Shown: positions 36,494 through 46,989 of the stretch, piece after piece | Layout of the letters: every line of letters starts with the position of its first letter | How positions within the stretch are numbered: position 1 is the stretch's first letter | Source: Peribolospora baueri | Lineage: Eukaryota | Assembly (NCBI GenBank): GCA_029717555.1 | Contig: JAMDHS010000126.1 | Location: 1 to 46,989, forward strand | Direction: 5' to 3' | DNA: 46,989 bases | Program-made: the position numbers and the translations under genes | The notes under the pieces: generated by a model | What the model saw: only the letters and a program-made list of their open reading frames with translations | The model's database searches: none | What the model was told of the DNA's origin: nothing

Positions 36494-37969
36494 TCACATG
36501 TCCTCCGTACCCCAAGCATGCATCTCCTCCCGCAGCCGCTTCCTCGAGTTCTGGATCTCAAAGTATTTTCTCTCGAACCCGTTCGATCGATCTGCGAGGA
36601 GCAAACGCGACAAAAAAAAAAGGCGATCAATTGGGAGATCAGTGAGGAACAGCAGAATGCCAGCAACAAAACCATGGCTTCGGAGAGCTTAAAGTCCAAC
36701 CCACCGACGCCATCCCATCGATAGCCTGGCTGGATGCCGAACCGGTTGGGCGGCGGAGGAGGACCCGTGTATTTTGGTCGCGCTGGCCCTTTCGAAGTCT
36801 TTTGCTGTGCACGGAATAAGTCCAAAGCAAAATAGCTAGGAATCAGATGACAGAATCAACTGACAAGGATGGGAAAAAAGAGGACGGGCGGATGCTCACC
36901 GTGAGGAAGCCAGCAGCGGGGTCATTCCATCGCTCTCTCTCCCGGAGCTCAGCGTTCATAAGGGGATCGTCCTTGGACCTGAAAAAAGCAAAGCAAAAAC
37001 AATGTCAGCCAGATCTGACGATGTATGAGACGGCAACATGTGCATGTTCCACTCACCTCGCAAACGGCGCATCCCTCATTCTCCTCTCCTCCTCCCTTTC
37101 CCTCTCCTTGTCTGCTCGCTGCACCAGGCCTTTGCCCCACTCCATCCTTCCTTGCTCCCTTTCGTCCCTCTCCCTCTTCCTCCTCGCCGCCTCGATCCGC
37201 TCCAGCTTCACATCGATCTTCCGGCCAGAGCTGTCTCGGTACACGGTCTCACCCTGAGGACCACCTCCTTCGCCAGGATCCTCCAGCGACGCCTCGGCAG
37301 CCGCTTGAGCGGCGGCCTTTGCTGCTGCCGCTTCTGCCGCCTTCCGAGCTTCCCGCTCCGCCGCAATTTCCTCTTTCGTCATCAGACCGCCACGCTTCTT
37401 TGCCGGAGGGGGCGCGGTAGGTGCTCCTGACGACTGACCACCTTCCCCTCGCTCCGCTGTCGCCGCCTCAGCCTCCAAAGAAGCGAGAGAGCGACCTGCA
37501 AATGCCGAGTCGCCTTCCTCAACTACCACTTGGGGACGCTCGTCCATGGGGACGTCCTCCTGCGCTGATGGTGGCGGCGGTGTGTTGCCCTCCTCAACTA
37601 CTTTCCACGAAGAGACAGCGGTGGATTTGAGCTTGGACGGGCCACTGACATCCACAACTAAAATATAGGGAAGATACGAAGGTTACAGATGAATGATGAG
37701 CCCGATGTGCACCGTGCAGAGGCAAGCAAAGCGCGCGGTTCAGTCCATTCGGACTCACCAGGAACTCCCTCCTCATCGTCCTCATCCCCGCCCTGCCTCC
37801 ACGAGTCCTCGTCGTCCTTGAGAACAAGACCACCTCCTCCCGCATCCTTCTTTCTCTTCTTTTTCTTCTTCCTTTCTGCATCCCCCGTGCGCGCTAGGAT
37901 GGCATCCGCTTTGGGTCCTGAGAGGTACTTAGAGGCCAAGTACGCCTGAAGGGAGGGGTCGGCCGGCAT
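36494..37969 (-). CDS. BUD13: RES-complex splicing factor Bud13/Cwc26
   Basis: N-terminal [82 protein letters not shown]; ends WGTEDM*. Confidence 0.93.
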
Positions 37970-38369
37970 ATCCACGGAGCTTACTTCTCCTAAAGACCGC
38001 CAAAGCGGGGGATTATACGTATCGAGGAGCGCTCGGCGACCGTCGCCGTGTGCAGCTGTAAAAACGTGTGGACGATGATTGAGGAGGAAGGCGAGGAAGG
38101 CGAGGCGAGCCCGATCGCGTCCACGTGATCTCCGCCGAGGATCCGCAGCGCGAGACATGATCGGGACGACGGTTGCAGTCGACTATGCTCGTCCGACATC
38201 CCACAGGACACAGCGATTAGCGACGACCGCCGCTCGACAACCCCAACCCTTCTCCAACCTCCCGTCTCTTTTTCTCTCAAGCCGTTCATATCAGCGGGTT
38301 TGAGATCTGACTTGAAGGGGGCTTTTTAGTCGCTTTGCGCTGCCACCGAAGAGCGACCAGACGACCACC

Positions 38370-41300
38370 ATGCGTACCCTTCGCGTATCGACTGGGGCAG
38401 TCGCACTTCCCGCGCTGCTAGCAAGTCTGCCTGGCCAGGCCTTCGTAAGAGGTGACGACTCCTCTCCCTTCAAGATCGCATCGTCTATAAGCGGATACAT
38501 ATTCCATGCTGCCCCTCCGCCCAATCGAGGTCCCGGCGTCTGTGCCATGAGGGGATCTTGCGGGAAAAAGGGCATTTTCGGCCAGCCTTTGCCATGTCCA
38601 TACGATGGAGCGGCCGTAAAGGTGGGTTCTCAGTAGGTTGTTATGGAACTGTCTCTGGCACAGTCTCACATTTTACCCTCGTCGTCTTTCTGCTAGCCGG
38701 ACAATGACGACTTCCGCTCCTCCCTGGTGGACACCTGCGGCGCAGACTTCGCCTCGGGACCTGTATGCTGCACGGCGGAGCAGGTGGAAACTTTATCAAC
38801 CAACCTCGCGCGCGCCGAACCTCTCATATCCTCTTGTCCAGCCTGTCATAATAACTTTCGGGATTTCTGGTGTTCTTTCACTTGCTCTCCAGACCAGTCT
38901 CAGTTTCTCGGCGTCGTTAAGACGCAAAAGACGGATGAAGGGAAGGCTGCGGTGAAGACGGTGGAATACCACGTCGGAAAGGAGTTCGCAGAAGGCTTTT
39001 ACGACTCATGCAAGGACGTCAAGTTTGGTGCTACCAACGGATACGCCATGGAGCTTCTCGGTGCTGGCGCGAAGAACTACTCGCAGTTTTTCGCCTTCTT
39101 GGGAAAGGAAGATCCCCTCGTCGGTTCGCCATTCCAGATCAACTTTCCTCCGCCCCCCGCCAACGGCCCTTCGATCTCTACTGTCGACGATTATTCTAAT
39201 GGCCGTCAGCTCGGCAAAAGTGACGATGCCACCGTCCTGGGTAGAGCGGCCTTCACTCCCTACAACCCTCCTCCTCGCAACTGCTCGTCGTCTGCTCTGG
39301 ACTCGCGCTGCGCCTGCGTCGATTGTCCCCAAGTATGCACCGTTCTTCCGGTTGTGGATCCACCCCATACCGGACACCAGTGTCAGGTGGGGGCAGTGAG
39401 CTGCCTTACCTTTTTCATGCTGCTCGTATACGCCCTTGGCCTTGTGAGCTTCGTTGTCGGTTACGGTACAACAGCGACGATCAAGCGCCGAAGAGGCAGG
39501 CAGATTATGAGCTGGGCAACTTCGAGTAGCGGTGGCTACGAGCGCGTACGACTCAGCGGCGACGAGCGAGGGAGCGCATCCACGCTTGGCAGCACTGCTT
39601 CGCACGGCCAGCTAATCGGTGCTACTTCTCTCGGCCACGGCTTCGATGGAGAAGACTCGGAATCGCCTGCCACATCTGACCGTCCTCGTCTAGGCCGCGG
39701 AGCTGCTCTTCTCGACCCCATCGAGTCTTTGCAGCCTCGACAATACAAGTTCAACGTCATCTTGCAACGCGTCTTCCACCAAGTCGGTCTCTTCTGTGCG
39801 TCCAAGCCTTGGCTCACCCTTGCTCTGGCCGCCTTGGTGATCGGCCTGCTCAACCTTGGATGGCTTCGTTTCGAGGTCGAGACCAATCCCGTGCGTCTCT
39901 GGGTTGCCAAGACCTCGGAGAGCAAGGCAAGGAAAGATTTCTTCGACGAGAAGTTTGGACCCTTCTACCGCAGTGAACAAATCTTCGTGACGGCAGCTCA
40001 TGAGGGTGGTGCGCGCAATATCCCCACCAAAGAGCACGGCGAGCCCGACTTGGATCAGCTCGAGCCAGCGCTTAGCTGGGATCGCCTGAACTGGTGGGCT
40101 GACGTAGAAGGGCGTATTCGCTCTCTCCGGTCTGAGCCACACGGATACACGTTGGAGGACGTATGCTTCAAACCTGGGGGCGACCTGGGTGGAGGCAGCT
40201 ACGACTGTGTCGTCGAGAGCATCATGGGCTACTTCGGGGATGACCTGTCCACCGTGGACAAGAACAGCTGGAAGAGCTACCTCGACGACTGCGCCGATTC
40301 GCCGAGCACCTGCCTTCCGTACTTCGGTCAGCCACTCAAGAAGCAGCTCGTCCTAGGCGGCTTGCCCGAGACCGTCCGTGAGCGCGATCCCGACAGCCTG
40401 CCCGGCGAAGGCTCGATCATAACCCGCCCTGGAAGGCCGAGCGACGCACGAGCATGGGTGGTGACGTTTGTCGTCTCGAACAGCCTCAACGTGACTGAGC
40501 GAGCGAAGGCCGAGGAGTGGGAACGCGCCCTCGAAGCTTTGCTTAAGGAGGTTGCCTCGGAGGAGGGTCTGGGCTCCGAACGGAAGGAGCAAGGCGTAGA
40601 CATCGCATTCTCTACAGAAAGCAGCCTCAAGGAGGAGATCAACGAGAGCACCAACACGGACGTCCGCATTGTCGTTCTCTCCTACGTCGTCATGTTTTTC
40701 TACGCTGCGCTGACCCTTGGTGGTACGAGCGCGAGTGCACAAGCTGGAGGTAGTGCGCGCCCAGCCGTCACTGCGGCTTCCCGCTCTCAGGGCCTGTTTC
40801 ACAGGCTCTTCTCCGCTCTTTCCTTCCGACGTCAGCAAGAAGGAGAGATCGCTCTCGGTCGGCACGCTTCCCGCCGTCGTCGTCTAGGCTGGATCGCGCG
40901 CCGGCTTTTTGTGGACAGCAAGTTCACACTCGGCCTATTCGGGATCTGCATCGTGCTGCTGTCCGTATCTTCCTCTGTCGGCCTCTTCAGCCTTCTAGGC
41001 GTGCGCGTGACACTCATCATCGCCGAAGTGATCCCGTTCCTCGTCCTCGCCATCGGTGTCGACAATATTTTCATCCTCTCCAACGAGCTCGATCGCCAAA
41101 ATGCCCTCGCCAGCACCAGCAACCCTTACGGTGGGATAACAGGACGAGGGGGGCATAGCCCGTTCGGGGTTGCCAGAGGGAGTGATGGTGGCCTTGGAAT
41201 GGGACATGAGTACGACGCAAACCTGGTGGACGATTTTGGTAGCGACGATGACGACCTCTCCCTTGGGCCAGCTTACCATCTCCCTCCAGAAGAACGAGTG

Positions 41301-43630
41301 GCGAGATCGCTAGCAAGGATGGGACCTAGCATTCTCCTTTCCGCCACAACCGAGGTCATCGCCTTCGCCATGGGAGCTCTTGTGCCCATGCCGGCGGTGC
41401 GCAACTTTGCCATCTACGCCGCCGGGAGCGTCGCCATCGATGCGCTGCTCCAGTGTACTGTCTTTGTCAGCGCCATGAGCGTCGACCTCAAGCGGGTCGA
41501 GGTGAGCTTAAGTCCTTCCTACCGTTCTGGTCAAGTGGACTTGGTTCCCTATCGCTAACGCGTGCCCTCCGTCATTCTTTCCGTGGCAGTCATATCGCGT
41601 GGACTGCCTGCCTTGCATCAAAGTGGCCCGCCCGGCCGGAGAGGCGGCTGCTGGTGTGGGATTGGGTGGCGAGAACGCCGTTGCACGCTTCATTCGTCGG
41701 TTCTACGCTCCGTTCCTGCTGAAACGGCCGGTCAAGGCGGTCGTCATAGCCGTCTTCTCTGGCTTGTTTGCCGCCAGCATCATCAGCATCCAGCATGTGC
41801 AGATGGGTCTCGGTGAGAAGCCTGTGGTCTGTCTCAGGTGGCAAAGACCGCTCATTCTAAACCATCACCTGACCTTTGCCCACCCGTTGCGTCTCAGATC
41901 AACGTCTCGCTCTTCCGGCTGAGTCGTATCTCGTAGACTATTTCAACGACGTCGACGCCTTTCTAGGCGTCGGCCCGCCGGTCTACTTCGTTACTCGCGA
42001 CATTGACACCTCAATGCGAGTGGGCCAGCAGAGCCTCTGTGGCCGATTCACGACGTGCGACGACCTGTCCGTGGCCAACGTGCTCGAAGCGGAGCGCAAG
42101 CGTCCCGAATCATCTTTCATCTCCGAGCCGGCGGCATCGTGGATCGACGACTTTTTGCAGTGGCTCAACCCGGTCCTGGAAACCTGCTGTCGGGTGAAGA
42201 AGAGCGATCCTTCGCAATTCTGCACGGAGAGTGACTCCGAGTATAACTGTCAACCTTGCTTCGCAGGGCACGAGCCGCCTTATAACATCACCATGGACGG
42301 CCTCCCGGAGGGAGCAGAGTTTCAAAGATACCTTGAGCAATGGCTCGCGTCTTCCACGAACGAAGATTGTCCTCTGGGAGGTAAGGCGGCCTACTCTGCC
42401 GCCATCGCCATCGACACATCTGGCAACCACAGCGTCCAGGCTTCGCACTTCCGGACGTACCATACGCCTCTCAAGTCCCAAGCGGATTTCATTGACGCGT
42501 TTGCCGCTGCGCACCGCATCGCCGAAGACATCAGCCAGCGCACGGGCGCCCAGGTTTTCCCTTACAGCCTCTTCTACGTCTTCTTCGATCAATACGCCCA
42601 CTTGCTCGCCATCACACGCGAGGTCATCGCGCTGACGCTCGTTGCTATCTTCCTCGTCACGTCTCTCTTGTTGGGGAGTTGGCGCACGGGAGCCGTCGTG
42701 ACCGTCACTTGCGCGATGACCGTCGTGGACGTTGCGGGAGTGATGGGGCTGTGGGAGATCAGCCTGAATGCGATCAGCTTGGTCAACTTGGTCATCTCTC
42801 TAGGTATCGCGGTCGAGTTCTGCTCCCACATCGCCAGGGCGTTCATGGGCGCTGGTGGTGGTTTGCCGTACCATCATCCTGACGGACAGAAAGAGAGGGA
42901 TGAAAGGGCTTGGAACGCTTTGGTGGACGTAGGCTCTTCGGTGAGTGGAACGGAGGGGAACTCGCAAGGGTCGGCCCTTTCCGTGCTTTCTTGATTGCTG
43001 ACGTCGTTGTGTCAAAACCCATTTCCGGTCAAACAGGTCTTCTCTGGAATCACGCTCACCAAGCTCATCGGCATCTCCGTGCTCGCTTTGACTCGATCCA
43101 AGTTGCTCGAAGTGAGTGAGGTCCAGCTGGACCGTGTATGTCGCGCCTGGGGGGGGGGGCGATACGAATCCGGTTGCTAACATAACGTCACGTCGGCAGA
43201 TTTACTACTTCCGCATGTGGCTGTCCCTCATTGTGAGTGCCAATCTCGTTCTGTGTGTGAATAGGACCACGTGCTGTGTCCTGTCGGCCATGTGCTTGAT
43301 AGTAAATAGGTACAACCTGAGTTCATTTCGTTTTTTTTTTCTTTTGCTTGCCTTGTTGCCCCGCCATCCACAGGTCCTCGGAGCTTTGCACGGACTCATC
43401 TTTCTACCCGTCGCGCTGAGCTATTTCGGCGGACAAGGCTACGCACTCGACGTGAGTTATGATCGCAGTGTCCTCGTTCTCTTCATTTATCAAACTTGGG
43501 GATACGCTTACCATTTTCATTCACGTCACGACCTTCTCGTTACTCTTTGCAACTATTCCATGTCATTGTTCAGGGAGAGGACGAAGACGAAGTACGCAGA
43601 GTACTTCGTGCTCACGACCAAGAGGAGTAA
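38370..43630 (+). CDS. NCR1: Niemann-Pick C1-like sterol transporter Ncr1
   Basis: Signal peptide; Cys-rich N-terminal domain (CAMRGSCG, CPAC.NNF..FWC.FTCSPDQS); ETNPVRLW, FGPFYR.EQ; sterol-sensing domain (TLIIAEVIPFLVLAIGVDNIF, PMPAVRNF); GPPVYFV; LNAISLVNL..GIAVEFCSHI; YYFRMW; HGLIFLPV; final exon 43574-43630. Confidence 0.95.
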
Positions 43631-45242
43631 GCTTTAGATCCAACTTAGCCTTTTTCGCTAGTTCGACCAACTTCTGAACTTTGCTTTCGGTTCCTTTTCT
43701 CCCTCCAGATTCCACCCATTTATTGCTGACGGTGGAGGAGACGACTCGGACACTGAGGCTTATTGAAGCCAGACCTGCCTTTGTTTGTTCCTCGTCGGTC
43801 CTTATTACCCCTTTTTGCAAGCACGGTAGTCCTCCAAGCCTCGGGCTTCATATCTACTCTCTCAGTTTGTACTACTATTACGTGCTGGCACGCTTCTTGA
43901 TGTCGTTTGAAATGGGACAAACGGCCGACGAGTTCTGGTTCCCTTTCTCCCCTTTATCGTCTCCTTTTTCCAGCCTCGCCCATGAACGGGCAGAAGCGGA
44001 ACGGAATGTTTCGTTTGCTGCTGAGACCTACAGTATATGAACACGTACTATATGGGCCCGGCCCAGCCTCCATATGTCCCCCGGCCGGTCGCAGTCGTCC
44101 AAGGCTGTCCCTTCCAGCCCCCACTGAGGCCTATGTGTGAGGCAGGCGTTTGTGACTGGGCCCGTGCTTGCCAGTTTAACTTGTGTCCATAGATAAATGG
44201 GGTGACTCCTACGTCCAATGAACGGCCCCTTTCTATCAAGACATGACTGGGGCTAAACGTGGAGCGGCCAGTTAATCGGAGTGCCTGACGATGATGCAGT
44301 CTACCAAGGAGAGGCGCCCACCTCGCATCATCTCGTCATTCTCATCCTGGCTTTCCTGTTCTCCGCTCTCTATCTTCTCGCGGGACCACTCCGCCCATGC
44401 GTCACATCTACCCCGTCATCTTCTTCCCCGCCCCGCCCCCGACACCTCCCAATCCGACCAAAGCGGCGCCCCTGTCCAGCCCGAGGGCGAAGGCGGCCCT
44501 GCGTCTGGGGGAAGAGAGGAGGGCGATGAGCACGGTAGAAAGGAGGAAGCCAGCAAAGCGGAAAAAGGCTTGTCGGCTGACGCGACGCTCTTCGGACTCT
44601 GTGCGCGAGGAGGAGAAGATGTGCCGGAGATTGGGCAGGGGCATGGTGGTGAGGGTTTTATGGCGAGACGGTTAAAATGCGCCGATGGTCAAAATGCGCC
44701 GACGGCAGGCGATCGCGTGGACGCGTCGCACGAAGGGCGGCTGCGGCGAGCAATGTACGCGCTGGGCGAGGCGCACGAGCCGCTTCGTTGCTTAACTCTG
44801 ATGGTAGATAAACACAAAGGTTCAACGACGACGTCCGCACCCTTTCTTCCCTAACCACCCGCTCGCCGTCAATGATGAGACCACACATGTATTAAAGCCG
44901 GGGCGCGAGAGGTGAGTTGTTTCTGTCTTCTCACTACCACCACCGTCCTCTCGTCCTTCTTTCCACCCGCAGGATCTGGTCCTCTTCGCCGATACTATCG
45001 AGATGCTTTCCCTTTTCGCAATCATCTTACACTCAACATTCACTCTCTGCTACTCTTCCGGCGGAATCTCCATAATTCCGCTGCTGGCCAACCCTTGCCC
45101 TCTCCTTGACTACATCACTCGGCCACGTCCAGTGATGTTTGGACTGTTCAGGACTGCTCTGGCCTTCACGGGGTAAGTGCGCACATCTTCTTGATGATTC
45201 ATGCTCAAAGGGGATGCGTCGGTGGATGGCTGCAATGCATAA

Positions 45243-46989
45243 CAGACCATCGGCGCATTTTGTGGCTTTCACCTGACAGCGACTTGGTGGACCGCCTTAT
45301 TCGGTGCATTACTGACTTCATGCTTTCCATTTCCCTCGCCCATCCTCCTTCCTCTCTCGCCCGTCTCGCGCAGGCTTGGGCTCCTGACTTACGACTCCTA
45401 CTACGTCCTGACGGCCCAGGTAGTGTCCTGCAATAACTGGTTCCTTAAACAAGTTCCGGTCCCGTCAATTCGTCTGAGAAACGTTCATTCCAACATCCCG
45501 CAAGTGATGAAAGAACTGCGGAATAATGTCATCGAGTGGATCGTCTGGGTGAGCAGAGTACGGGAACGCAGCGTGGCTGCTCTCGTGTTCTACTCAGCCT
45601 CTCACTTTGTCGGTCCCTTTTTGCTTGCCCCTCGCTTTTGCCACCACCTTTTGTCATCCTACCTTCCGTCGGCTCAGCTCTCGTTTCTGCTGGCGCAGAA
45701 GCTCACCAACAAGGTTTTCAGTTGGGTGCCATTATATAGCACCTTCATGTTCGTCTCCGCCCTCTTCCTCTTGTCTTTTCGCAGCGTGGTGAGCAAGCCA
45801 TTCTGTCTCTGCGCTCTTCGTTCCAACGAAAACAATGGCATAAGCGAGCTCTGCTTGATGGAGGCGCTGACTGGGTCATGCGGCCTCTTGTTGGTTTGCT
45901 TCGCGCAGATCTCGGAGAAGCTGTTTTGGACCGTTATTTATCCAAGAGTGGCAAAATACCAGAAGAACATCGAAAGGACGGCTTGGTGTGTCAAGGAGCT
46001 CGCCCTCAGTCTCATTCGTTGGGCACGCCAAACTTACCACCGCATGCTGGACCATCTCCGCGATGTCGTGTCTTTCGTCTTCATGTTCCTCGTGGATACC
46101 ATCTCCCGGTCTGCCTCCGTACCGGCCTTCAGGCATGTTCGAGTCCTCTTCGGCAAGCTTCTACAGGTCTCTCGGCTCCTCCGGCACTGCGAGTGCTTTG
46201 TGGTTCTTCTCTGCGCCTGGGTAGAAAGGGCAACCAACGACAATGTTCAGCCGGCTGCTTCCGAAGCTGTCCCGGTGCCACCATCGCCGATCGAAGAGAC
46301 GCCTCCGGCGGATGCAGCCACCAATTCCCGAGCGCCGGTGCAGGCGACACCTCCGGCGGATGCGGCGACCATTCCTCAAACGCCGGTCCGTTCAGTACCA
46401 CCGGCGGTCGGCGTGAAGCGGGCGAATCCGGCGCCTTTAGCACTGGCTGCAACGCCCGCGACATCTATGCCACACGTCCTCCCACTTCCCGGAGGATACT
46501 TATCTCGGAGTAGGACCTTCGAGCGCATGAAGCTTGAAAAATTACACCTAACACCGGGAGCGACGAACTCGGTTGGATCCCTGGGCTCAAGGAGGAGAGC
46601 GTACGGTACTACCTGGACCTTCGAGCAGCACTTGGAGCTCTCCACGGATCCCGCAGGTGGCTCCCTGCGCTGGCCAGAAAGTCCGACGTTTAGATACTCG
46701 GTACCTGACTCTCTCACCGACCTCTTGGCTAAGGACTTGGACTTGGACTTTCTTCCCTCGACTGACAACGTGTCCTCCCTGACCAAACATGTTCCAATCG
46801 AGTCCTTCGCGTCAAGGCTGTCTCGAGCTAGCCTTGGAGCCTCTTCGCGACGGAAGTCCTCTTCGATAGGCCTTGACGTGGGCCTACGACCTAGCACCAC
46901 CGTTGGAGGGCGAATCAAGCATCTGAAGTCCCCGTCACAGCGACAGACAGACCATGGGACACCCGCCCGAACAACCAGGAACGCGCCGA
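45243..46989 (+). CDS. Hypothetical protein, 3'-truncated by the window edge (absent from the ORF track)
   Basis: Manual translation shows no stop from 45243 to the end (about 580 codons; ATGs at 45507, 45747, 45858); hydrophobic N-terminal part, then Pro/Ala-rich with a TPPADAAT duplication; splice-like sites upstream (GTGAGT 44912, GTAAGT 45174). Confidence 0.6.

Noticed and set aside
1178..43630. Functional gene cluster or mating-type locus (STE24 near vacuolar/TOR-related genes)
   Set aside because: No pheromone, receptor or homeodomain genes seen; the neighbours are unrelated housekeeping genes, so clustering is unsupported.
45878..46918. Track ORFs 45878-46513 (+) and 46376-46918 (-)
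   Set aside because: They overlap a much longer open frame (45243 to the end) that explains the region better.

Overview
GC-rich, intron-dense eukaryotic DNA, most likely from a basidiomycete yeast (GTGAG/GTACG donors, short introns, fungal-type housekeeping proteins); it is not prokaryotic. Most of the six-frame ORFs are GC-content noise. Spliced genes that can be reconstructed by hand: SCH9-like AGC kinase (-), exocyst SEC5 (-), an ankyrin-DysF-FYVE-RING E3 ligase (+), a Dip5-like amino-acid permease with about 28 exons (-), a CENP-B/pogo-derived HTH protein lacking a DDE domain (-), STE24 (-), BUD13/CWC26 (-), NCR1/NPC1 (+), and a long unassigned reading frame running off the right edge (+). 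Non-coding highlights: an intron-containing tRNA-Val(AAC) and a colinear degenerate copy 2,481 bp away that bracket a repeat-rich island; a CCA-ended tRNA-Lys-like 3' fragment; an LTR-like pair of direct repeats starting TGTTG; and a 2-nt micro-exon plus a GC-AG intron in the permease. All gene models and family assignments come from motif recognition by eye, with no database searches.
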